From Diadema antillarum (taxonomy: Eukaryota), in NCBI RefSeq assembly GCF_040938485.1, contig NW_027271049.1, positions 930,001 through 994,000 of the forward strand: 64,000 bases of DNA, written 5' to 3'. Below, piece by piece: positions 12,010 to 22,590 of this stretch; positions within the stretch are counted from its first letter, which is position 1; every line of letters starts with the position of its first letter. A program made the translations under genes and the position numbers. The notes under the pieces are model-generated. The model was not told the origin of the DNA and ran no database searches. It saw only the letters and a program-made list of their open reading frames with translations.

Positions 12010-13213
12010 GACTATGAAAACATATATTTTTCAAGGACAGCATCTTGTGAGCAGTGCATTTTGCGAATTTGGACAACGCCGTATGTGCACTAATTTGAGA
12101 ATCTCATAAGGGAACAAGAAGGACGCATCATCCTTTTCCAAGAAGCAAGGTTAGCTCTTTTCCACCTTGAGGAAGATTAGACGGTGCAATTTGCTCCAGA
12201 ATGTAATACTTTGGCATGCTATTTATCTTTGCCAAAAAATTAGTAAGAAGAAAACAGAACAAAACCATTTGCTAAACGTACAGCATATGCAGTAATCGTT
12301 TTAAAGCGTTTGCCTGTCACTGCACCAACTTAACAACAAAAATACATGACTTTGTTTCTTAGGGTGCAAAGGAATGAGTTCTCGTGTGAAAGCTACCTCA
12401 TGACAACACAAAATACAGATGTAAACTTGACATGTAAACATGCAGACATAACAAATCAAAATGCTGAATCTGCAGAACAGTGAAAAATGGCAGGATTATA
12501 CTTTTGTTTGTTTGTTTGTTTGTTTTTTGCTTTTTGTTCTTGGGTTATTTTCTTTCTTTTTCTTTTTGTCGGGGGGGGGGGGGGGGGGTAGGTCTTCTAC
12601 AATGTGTAATTTGTGCATGTGATACAACCAACTGGTCACAACTGAAATTTAAAAGATACAAATAGATCCGGATTCTGCCGATACAATTTGTATGGATGAA
12701 TGGATACACGCATACAGTAGATTGAATATGCACAAATTTTGTGTATCTGAATGCTCATATACAATTTGAGACATGTCCAATGAATTAGAGTCATGTTTTT
12801 TAAGCATGGATGTTTCAGCATCATTCGAAAGTTTATTGTACATTCACATGACATGTTTACATGTCTGAATGGACTCATACTGGTGTCCAGAAAGTGGGCG
12901 GGGGACATTTACTGTCCTAGCTGCGTTCACATTGACTGCTACTTCAAGACTGACTAGGATGTGTGAGTCCCTGTGTCAACACAGTGTGCAGGAACTTTCT
13001 TGAAGTTCAGGTACTTGAGCATGAGTGTGATTTGTTTCAATTATGAGTCAGAGTTCCAATGTAACATGATTATGATACGATTGTACGATTGCCTGAATGT
13101 ACTCGTAAAGTTGCCATGTATACAGGGCTGGAAATCTGAATGCTCTCGCATCATTGAGGAGTTACAGGGCATGCAGTCTGAATGCTCTCATACAACTGTC
13201 ATATTACAGGGCA

Positions 13214-13372
13214 CAGGGGCGGATCCAGGAATTCTGTAAAGGGGGGCGTGACTAATATTTCTGGTGCCACTTCCGGGTTTCATTTCATTGTTTTTCTTTT
13301 TATTTCTTTTGTTTTTTACGAAAAATAAAGGTGGGCATGCACCGGTTGCGCCCCCCTCTGGATCCGCCACTG
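13214..13372. mobile_element. MITE, hAT-like termini CAG...CTG
   Basis: caggggcggatccagg pairs with ctggatccgccactg; no clear 8-bp TSD. Confidence 0.65.
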
Positions 13373-13769
13373 GGGCAGTACATCTGAATGTTCCCATGTC
13401 AGTATATTGGTAAAATATTTGAATGCTCCATGCTCCTGAAAACTCCAGACATTGTTGATAAAGAACGTGGGATTAGCTTTATGCATGTCTGTGGTGCTAA
13501 TTCTTCTACTTATTAAAGTGAAATGAAATCCAAATATATATTTCATGGACTGAGGGAATGCAGCAATATTAGAAGAACACATCAGTGAAAGTTTGAGGAA
13601 AATTGGACAATCTATTCAAAACTTACTAATTTCTAAAGTTTCAGTGCAGCCATTGCTGGATTTGAAGACTATGACAGTTCATTACGTCACCGCGCAACAA
13701 TGACATACAGAATACATAAAGAGAAGTTTGAAATTATGACAAGAACAATACTCATATTCCTTTGAATTG

Positions 13770-13887
13770 TTATTGAGATACGAAGCCATAAGGCGTGGCC
13801 TCCGGGCGGGGTGACTTGGACTCGATGGTCGGCGAATCCGCTGCGGGAGGGGTCCCAGTATCTGACTCATCGATGGATTGTTGACTA
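13770..13887 (-). CDS. CARMIL: Probable CARMIL exon (SQQSIDESDTGTPPAADSPTIESKSPRPEATPYGF); 3' boundary unresolved, reads into TAA at 13772-13770
   Basis: Good acceptor ccttttccag in the required phase 2 and GC-rich codons; no strong donor before the stop. Confidence 0.65.
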
Positions 13888-14875
13888 CTGGAAAAGGCAC
13901 GGGGACAAAACAGAGCAACGCATATCAAAGCCATTTATTTTGTAAATATTCCCGAGTCGCTACTGGTTCACTAATACGACACCTTTTGAAAATATTGTAA
14001 CCTATACTTCGATCCCGTGTCGCACAAAAATTACGACCATATGCTATCAAGATCTAACCAGATTGAATTTATTCTGTGTTTATAGCACCAATTAACAAAG
14101 CCTCGAGTGTGTCTTGAGTTTGTGTATATGAAAAAGGCTCCTTCATGCTTGTGTTTGGGTGGCATCCTGTGGTCAAAACTTACATTGACAGATACATATA
14201 CAGTGGACTCCCATTAATTATTTCTTTCGTTATATCGAAATTTTGTTCTAACCAAACAAATAAACAATAAAAATAAATAGACTGGAAAATGTTGCAGCGT
14301 GAATTTTTACTTCATTGTAACCGGAATTTCGTTATAACCGTGTTCGTAACAACGGGAGTGCAATGTAATCGAATAGATTTCCCTTGTTTATCCTCAGAAT
14401 TCCTGTATCATAATGGAACCCTATGGCATAATAGAAACATTATCATTGTCATATTCCCTTTCTACTGTATGCAGACATTTTTTCTCCATTTTTTTGACAG
14501 CATCTAGTTAGTAGATACTGATGTAACAGTTGCATGTTAAAACAATACACAAGTGATACGAAAACAGCAAGGTACACACAGGCCTAAACCTGCAGCTATC
14601 ACTGTTTCAGTGCTGCCCTACGTACAAAATCTTGCAGCAATTACAGAATAACAATAATGCTCATGCCTGGACGTTGACAACCTTTACAAAGACTTCAACC
14701 CTCAGTATCTCGTAAACTGGAGAAATGCCCATCAGGACAAACATGAAATTGCTGCTGAGCAAGTGGAATGAATTGGCTCTTGCCCATTCAAACTACATTG
14801 TATGAGGCCCCTGCCCTAAGGCATGGGGGAAGTGGAAGAGATGTACAACCTTCTCTTTGTGATATTCTGCCTCAC

Positions 14876-15106
14876 CTCTTGTGTGACCCTAACTTGTCCT
14901 TCTTTTCATTCTTCTTCTCCTTCTCCTTCTTCTCCTTCTCCTTCTTCTTCTTCTCCTTGGCCTCCTTCTCCTTCTTAGAATCCTCCTTTTTGCTCTTCTT
15001 GCCGTCCTTCTTCTCCTCCGCCTTGTCCCGCCTCAAAAAGTTCTTGAGGAATCCCGACTTCTTGCTTCCGGTCTCCTTGGGGCTCTCCTTTGCCGGCGAC
15101 TCGTTC
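14876..15106 (-). CDS. CARMIL: CARMIL exon with membrane-binding-like basic/hydrophobic motif (SKKSGFLKNFLRRDK) and K/E-rich tract, 231 nt, phase 2->2
   Basis: cacacag acceptor, ag|gtgagg donor; corresponds to SRKSSGFLNLIKSRSK of CARMIL1. Confidence 0.92.
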
Positions 15107-15637
15107 CTGTGTGTGATTAGAGAAATGCATATCCAAAACATTTCCTTTTTGTTCCTGTGTTGTATTACGGGGACTATATACTTGACATACATCATAACAC
15201 CATAATTTACGTGGTTGAAAAAATATTTCTGAATATGTGCCATATATTTCATGATTATATTTCTATTATTTTTCTTCAGATTACTTGGCTTCACAAAAAA
15301 ACAAACAAAACCTTCCAAAACCAAGAAGCTGCCTTATAACGTCATCTGTCACTCATCACTCTAAGTGTTGATATGAGTGACAAAAGACACTGGAATGCAC
15401 CTTTTCTGGGACTCAACATAACTGGCATGTTCTCCCAGCAATGTCTTCTGTTAATCGTGTATAATAATTTGGAAAGGGCATCATGAATCAATGCAAGTCA
15501 ACATGCATTTGCATTTGCACTGCACAGTTCCTATAAAGTAGACACGAACGAAATCACGAAAATATTACGGAGTACTGGACAAAGTTTCAGCTCATATGAA
15601 AATTACATGGTCCATGAACTTGATACTGATATACACG

Positions 15638-16027
15638 TAATAATAATAATAGCTGGTTTTTTATATAGCGCATTTCACACACTTCAGGGTTTCAATGCGC
15701 TTTACAGACTATTATTACCCCGGTCACTGGATACATTATTTCCAACCAGCACACCAGCACTAACAGTGCTCATTCTCCACTCCCTGGGGAGCATTCCAGC
15801 CAGTCGCAGCCATTTTACAGGCGCGCACATGCTGATCAACCAACATAAGCTTTCTCATCCTACCGGGTACCCATTTATACTCCTGGGTGGAGAGCAGCAA
15901 TGTGGATAAAGTGCCTTGCTGAAGGGCAAACGTGTCGGGCTTGGCATGGGCTCAAACCCACGAACCATACCGCGCTCATGTCGTTCACAGACGAGCGCTC
16001 TTATCCACTCAGCCACGACACCTCCAC
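15638..16027 (-). mobile_element. tRNA-derived SINE with LINE-like (TAT)n tail
   Basis: Head with A box (tggctgagtgg) and degenerate B box (gggtttgagccc), central ...agcaaggcactttatccac...ataaatgggtacc, tail ...gcgctatataaaaaaccagctattattattatta. Confidence 0.85.
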
Positions 16028-16263
16028 ATGTATGTAGCAAGTGAAATTATTCCCCTGTCTTCATAAGGAGGCAAGTCATATGCTCTTTGACTGAGCAACA
16101 TCTACCCTCAAAATCACATTTATGTGTTGGTTGACCTCCAAATCTTACATGGATGCCATGCCCTTATATGGTTTTCATAAATTCTTCCCATAGGACTTTA
16201 AATGTGTAGATTTGTAATATCTAATCAAACTGGGGAAACTGTATGTGCCTGTTTCTGTTCTCA

Positions 16264-16362
16264 TTAACCCGTTGGGGACGAGTCCCGAGTACTAGTATAC
16301 TCGGGCAGGTGTCTATGGGAAATGCCTGTTGTAGCAAAATCAGTCCGTCCTCAACTGGTTGA
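16264..16362 (+). mobile_element. ~95-bp piggyBac-like MITE (TTAA, CCC...GG ends), copy A
   Basis: ttaacccgttggggacg...cgtcctcaactggttgaa; inverted relative to copy B. Confidence 0.75.
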
Positions 16363-16560
16363 AAATCTATATTTTGTACCACTACAAATATAGATATCCA
16401 GAATGAATAATATGTAATCATATGTTCTTCTTGCTGTTGTTTTCAACAGTTTTTTAAAATTAATATTTATTCGATGACTTTGAGCACGAAAGAAAGGCAT
16501 GCTATTCTGATTTGATACTCAAGATTAGATGTAAAGTTTACACCTCTACTCTAGGCTTAC

Positions 16561-17035
16561 ACTTTAGGCGTGGGTCCCGGCGAACTGGTTGGTTCTAGAG
16601 AGTCAAAACCTTCAACCTTCGGTGATTCAAACATTTTTGAAATGTCCTCCTCTTCTTCCTGCAAGGTGTGGTTATTGCCCGGGTTATGGGTGCCTGGGCG
16701 CGATGGTGGGTGGGGCCGGGCCGGCCTCATGACCCGGCTGATTCGCGGCCGACTGGCCCGCACGTCCGGCAACAGGTAGGAAGGCTGGTCAGAGATGGGG
16801 CCGAAGCCGTCCAGCGCGGGCAATGGGGCCGGGCCTGGAGCTCGGGCCGGGGCTGGGGCCGGGGCTGGGGCTGGGGCTGGGGCTGGGGCCGGCCTGGGCT
16901 GTGGTGTGGGGGTGACCGACTTGTCCTCCTCTGGTTTGGATGGAGGAAGCGGGCTTTGGATAGAAGTGTGCAAGGGGCTTGCACCCTCAGCATTATTGCC
17001 ATCTGGTTCGTCACCGTCAACAATGGGGACAATCA
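16561..17035 (-). CDS. CARMIL: CARMIL exon with (PA)n repeat, CPI-like motif LPDVRASRPR and CSI-like acidic segment, 475 nt, phase 1->2
   Basis: tctcttccag acceptor, gt|gtaagc donor, open frame (part of ORF 16557-17066). Confidence 0.9.
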
Positions 17036-18117
17036 CTGGAAGAGACATGAGGCAAAACAGAAACACATTATCTCTCCACTAATGTTTTTCACAAATACAT
17101 ACATATACAGGTATATAATATACACACACACATGTATATTCCCCCTTTTTTCCAGAATTCAACAGCAAAAGTTTAGCCAGTGTTTCCAGCACTTGTATTC
17201 TGTACACTGAAACTAAATTGTCATTTATCACACTGTATACAACAAATTACACAATCCAAGTTATATGATGAGTGGAAAACATTGAAGACGATTCTATTTG
17301 ATTGTACGTACGGGCTGTGACTGACTCTACCAAAATGGTACAAGTGTGAAAAGAGACAGTTCTCTCAACTTGCTTCCAAAAAATTAAATTGTTGCCAGAA
17401 AATTTTGAACACCTCATAACAAATTCACTACACTACACTGTCTCGTCTCCCTGACAGCCATTCATCATGGATACAAAGACAAATACAGATAACTTCGCTT
17501 TGTTTGCTGAGGAGCTTTTTCTGATAGTTTATCAGCCTGTTTGCTAGCATGTTTCTATTCAAGGCATCAATGACAAAAAGTGTTCAATAGGTGTGCATGT
17601 TTGTGACTACATCTGCAAGGATTAATAATGCTGAAAAGGATCATTCACTATTTACGAAATAAAAACAATTGATGGATATGGATGGATGTGTAAAAACATC
17701 ATGTGGATCTGGAAAGACTGCAAGACTATGTTCTATCCACAAACACCAACAATCCAATTAACAAATTGTCTCCAATATGATTTATCCCAAATAAACATGT
17801 GAATTCAAAGAAAAGTGGTACACTTTGTGAAGCTTCCCAATTTTCAGTGGACAAGTTTTTAAGACATCTATAAGCATGCATAACATGACCACTGCTTGTT
17901 GGTCACTATGAGCAGAAACATGGGGCCGTCAGTAGTACCCAATCTGGAATACCCTCCTCTTACAAAGGAACATGTGTCATTGCTGATCGAGACTGAACAC
18001 TATGCCAAAAGAATCATCTGCTCTTCTTGGTTTGGGGGATTTGAACCCTTGACCCTCGTGTTCAAAGGGCGGAGTGTTTTGGTGGCTGACCACAGCATCT
18101 CTCCCGTCACAACTTAC

Positions 18118-18196
18118 CATATGTATCACCAAAGTGGGACTTGGGTCTCTTCATGCTCTTGTGTCTCTGGACTCTGGCCGACTGTCTCTTGGTCAT
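18118..18196 (-). CDS. CARMIL: CARMIL exon (MTKRQSARVQRHKSMKRPKSHFGDTY), 79 nt, phase 0->1
   Basis: ctgcag acceptor, g|gtaagt donor; corresponds to [22 protein letters not shown]. Confidence 0.9.
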
Positions 18197-18848
18197 CTGC
18201 AGTGGTCACAATGAGTGGACAATGGATGAAATCATCAACTTTTCCTAATTACTAATTAGTAATGCACTGACCCCTACCTTGGCAAGATATTTCATTGGTT
18301 TTGTATGAATACCCTCTCCTTCAGACCCTACCCCTATAAAGAAAGAAATAAGGAATTCAAAATAACCCGGCCAAAATTGAAGTTACACAAAAATAACAGT
18401 CCCACATACAGGCCTTTGCGGTGGTAAAAGATATGCATGATAGCATAATCACATCTCTATAACAGCAGTTTCATTATAATTTCACTTATTAGAAGACAAA
18501 GCATGAAAACAGGTGTTCCAATCAAAGCAGGTCTTAGAAAGTATACTGATGTTATCACAAATACTGGATAAGATTGCCAAGTCACAAAGTTCATGATTTG
18601 GACAATCATATAATTATTCTTGTGTATTCATAATTATGGTATGGAGATTGTCCCACTGCATTTCATAAAATTCCCTATATTTCATGACATATTGTTGAGA
18701 AAACTAGCTTTGATGTTTGCACAGTGTTAAGAAACATTGTAACACAAGAGGTCAAGTCAAAACACTACAGTGACACACTTCATAGGAACATAAAAAAAAT
18801 AAAAGATTTCAATAAAAACAGTCAATCACTAGGTAGTTACATGTAGAA

Positions 18849-19006
18849 TATTGTAAAACGGGGAATGTTTGCGTGCATTTTAATTTCGCGAGAGCCAAGA
18901 TTCGTGAAATCAAAATGCATGTAAAAGTTCTTGTCTACACTGTATGCACTGAATATTAGACATAATTCGCAAAAATTCCATGCCGTGAAAATATTGTTTT
19001 ACAGTA
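18849..19006. mobile_element. MITE of the tactgta...tacagta (ttcgcgaa-rich) family, diverged
   Basis: attgtaaaac...ttttacagta ends and shared internal aatttcgcg motifs; boundaries approximate. Confidence 0.55.
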
Positions 19007-19844
19007 CTCATATTTAGATTTTAATCAATAAGTTTAAACAAAAACACTTCTCTTTCTTTTAATCCAAATTATCTTACTTTTCAGGTTTTCTCAACTTCAA
19101 TATCAGCATATTTCCTTCTAATAATGTACAATGTACGGATCGTTACAGGCTACAAATATGTCTGCCAGTCAGCGGGAGCCGCCAAGAGTGGTGCAATTTC
19201 TCAGAGCTTTCATAATGACACATCAAAATATCTGTCACATTAATGTATACAGCATGCTTTCACAAAAAGTTGTCCTCTGCACGTAAGAAACAGAAGGTCA
19301 CAGGTTATTCTGCAGGTTTCACACATCGATTTAATGCTCTTATGCTTCTCACTCAATGAACAAGCTGCTATAGCTAAAGGTGACGGGACATCAACTTCAA
19401 ACTCGCATCAACTGATCTGGTATTTTGGTGCTGAATTAAAATGCAAAATTACAAATGCGTTCATACATTGTATGTGTAAGGAAGTCAGAGAAATTGAAAA
19501 TAGATCATGCAACAAGGAACTTCGCTTGTGATTTTGTAGTAGCCAACACAGGCAGTTCCTCATTGTACATAGTATGTGTAAATGTAATTCCAAATGTGCC
19601 CTTCTCATCAGTGTACAGTTGGTAAATGAACAGTTATCTTACACATAATTACAATACTTAGTTTGTCTACTAAAGTTTCTAGTGAGGATGGAGAAAAGAC
19701 ATCCATACTCATTTCTGGACAACAGTTCCTATCGTAAAAAAATTGCCACTCCCAAAACAAGGGAAGTTGTATGGAAGGAAGTCATTAGTGCTGAGGGGGA
19801 AGTTGTCCAGGTGTTACAGACACACACACACTGATAATACTGAC

Positions 19845-20156
19845 CGTTGGAGGAAGGCTGGCCACAATGGGTTTGGCGCCCTCGCTCGGCTCGCCCCCAG
19901 TTGCCGCTGCTGGCGACGGCTCCCCCAAATCGCCATTCTGCAAATGGGCGTCTGCCACAGCACCCTCCTTGTCCTCACTCGCACCCTCTTTGTGGGTGGG
20001 CGTGGCTGGCTGTGCCCCCTCCTCTCCCGCACCACTGCTCTCCGCCTTTGAATCCTCGCTCTCCTCGTCCCGCGAATCGTCCAGTAGGATGCTGTCCACC
20101 TGTCTGACCGTCGTCCCGCTGGCTACCTCATCCCGGAACTTCTTCAGCTCGTCAGC
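19845..20156 (-). CDS. CARMIL: CARMIL acidic linker exon (ADELKKFRDEVASG...PIVASLPPT), 312 nt, phase 0->0
   Basis: gggacag acceptor, acg|gtcagt donor, open GC-rich frame. Confidence 0.88.
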
Positions 20157-20259
20157 CTGTCCCCGACATCAAAAGAGTATGGTGTCTTTCATAAGTTGGT
20201 CATACCTTCAGGGTATATCACTGATCACTAAAATAAAGCATGCTACTACAACCCGTCCA

Positions 20260-20352
20260 TTAACCCATTGAGGACGGTTTGATTTTGCTACAACACGCAT
20301 TTCCCATAGACGCTCCCCAGAGTACACTCGGGACTCGTCCTCAACGGGTTAA
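20260..20352 (-). mobile_element. ~93-bp piggyBac-like MITE, copy B
   Basis: ttaacccattgaggacg...cgtcctcaacgggttaa with TTAA on both sides; its reverse complement aligns along copy A. Confidence 0.8.
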
Positions 20353-20879
20353 AAGGGCACTACGTGCGTTATCTAGTCTACAGGATATAGATGTATTTAC
20401 TCAGCCACTGAGTGAAATAACAAAGCATTTTCAAGGAAATCACAGTCATGGTCACAAAGCCAATAGGTTGTGCCCACAGGAAAATTACTTCGAAAAAGGT
20501 TTCCGAATATTAAAGCAATCCTTAACTTCATTACAATTTGTAAGATTTCTCAAATACATATAAAATGAGTTATTTAAATGCTTAAGTACCAGATACCTGC
20601 AAAATGATCCAAATAACCAGCTACTAATATAAGTGGTAAAAATGGAGTGTTCCTTTGAAGACCTCTAGATCAGTTTTAAAAGGAAAAAAATGCAGAACTG
20701 ATGTATTAGCAAAACAAGTTGATTTACTTAGATATGAAACATTTAATTATTTTGATCTTCAGATTTTATAGAATATTGTATTTCTCATTCTTATGATTGT
20801 GCGTCTTTGGAAAACTACACTTGTATCTACAGACACAAGACCTAAAAGCACCTGAACTAAAGAGGTCATTTCACAGTAT

Positions 20880-22200
20880 CTTTTTTTTTTTTGACGCTTT
20901 TTATAGCCTTTATTCAGACCAAACAACATTGTTACATTGTAGTGACACAAAATATCTATATTACACTGTTTGACGGACAACAAAAAGGTTTTGTACAAGA
21001 TATAGATTAAACATTGATAAATTGTACACACTTGACATGATTCAGTCACCAGTCTGAATAAAGATTTTATCTAAAACAAATATAAGAAACATGAGAGGTG
21101 ATGGAATTACGAAATCTTTAAAATGTAATCTATTCACCAGTTATGAACATCATGAGAACTAATATCTCTCTGGTTCTTAGGCAAGTGGAGATTCATAACC
21201 AGATAATATTTGATTAAGCTTTAATAATGACGATCAGAGAAAAAGAACCAGTATATGGAGCGGGGAAAGCAAAACACAGGATATTCAATTCATTTTAAAT
21301 AGATTGACTGAGGTAAATACAAAAGATATGTCTTATCAGGATGCAATAATCAAACCCGGTATTTCATGAAGTATAATTTTCCCATTTCGCGTAGTGTAAT
21401 GTCAATTTATCCTTTAAAGTTGCTTTTTCATATTCAGACTGTTTTGAGGTGGCGATTGCCCTAGATATTTCTTTACAGGTTGGAACTCTTCCACTTTTAC
21501 GGTTAGCATAAATCATATGCTTAATCAAAATTAACACATGATTCAACAAAGCATCGAGTTTGATATTTTCCCTGAATCCAAGTAAAACATCAAGCCAATT
21601 TATATTAACAAACTGAGGAAATTTTAGTTTATTTCCTACCTCGTTCCATATTCGATAAACTAAAGGACAGTCATAAAATATATGATATGTTTCAACCTCT
21701 TCCCTACAAAAGGAGCACAGATTTGATTGTGTTATTCCAAACTGGTGAAGTTTATCATTACAAAAAATAACATTGTGCAGAAGCTTATATTGGAATTCTC
21801 TCAGCTTCCAGTCTAGTGTTGAAATTCTAGGGATAGAAAAACAAACTGCAATAGCCGATCTATCCATGTTTAATTCTAATACTTCTGGGTGTTTTGAAAG
21901 AAAAGAATCTTCAATGGTACCAATAAAGATATTGTAAATCATTTTTGAAGATACTGACACTAGGGGGTACACTTTTTTGTTTATATTAAGACTAATTTCA
22001 AAAACATCAGCAGGGTTATCACTCAAAATATGATCCCTCACGTTACCTGTTCTCGCCACCTTCCATTCTGCTGGAAATTTATCATACAATTCATAAAGAG
22101 AAATTAAATCGTCTGCATTTAAGCCCTTTCTAATAAAATGAGCCCCTGGTCTAATTTTTCCACAGTATAACAGAGTAAAAGGGGTAAGAGCGCCCTCTAT
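20880..22200 (-). mobile_element. 5'-truncated L1/Tx1-like non-LTR retrotransposon: end of ORF2, 3' UTR, AATAAA and poly(A)
   Basis: ORF 21364-22089 has KLREFQYKLLHNVI, a CSFC-x6-H-x4-C zinc-knuckle (zf-RVT-like) and a terminal ...KW; AATAAA at 20914-20909 followed by an A tract at 20892-20880; 5' boundary approximate. Confidence 0.9.
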
Positions 22201-22211
22201 TGAGCACTTAC

Positions 22212-22299
22212 AAGTTCTGCCTCAACACTGGTGAGCTGCTCTATGATCTCATCGAGGATTGTGTCAGAGATGAACGAAGCCATGGCAAGATTAGTCTCA
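22212..22299 (-). CDS. CARMIL: CARMIL exon (ETNLAMASFISDTILDEIIEQLTSVEAEL), 88 nt, phase 2->0
   Basis: cacag acceptor, gtaagt donor; corresponds to [22 protein letters not shown]. Confidence 0.94.
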
Positions 22300-22319
22300 C
22301 TGTGTACGACATATGTAAA

Positions 22320-22590
22320 GGAGAGAGAGGTAAAGGGATATATAAACATAAAGAACAAGAGATAGAGATATAGAGATAAAAGAGAAAGAGATATGGTAAG
22401 AGAGAGGGGGAGATAAAAGAGATATATGTAAGGAATAAGAGATAGAATGATGGAGATGAAAAAAATCAGAAAAGATATGGTAAGAGAGAGGGGGAGATAA
22501 AAGTGATATACGTGTATATAAGGAATAGGAGAAAGAGAGATGGAGATAAAAGAAATAAGAAGAGATATGGACAGAGATTGAAAAGACAAG
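22320..22590. repeat. Purine-rich (GA) low-complexity tract with an internal duplication (gatatggtaagagagagggggagataaaa x2)
   Basis: Direct observation. Confidence 0.85.

Noticed and set aside
15940-16027. tRNA-like sequence on the minus strand
   Set aside because: It is the head of a SINE: degenerate B box, no proper cloverleaf, and continuous with a SINE body and tail.
17494-17536. Possible small exon ADKLSEKAPQQTKR
   Set aside because: Weak splice sites and wrong phase for its intron; exons 18118 and 17035 already join in frame.
19743-20051. + strand ORF containing KLYGRKSLVLR, reminiscent of the CARMIL RKS...LRP motif
   Set aside because: Wrong strand; the true homologous motif is in exon 18118-18196.
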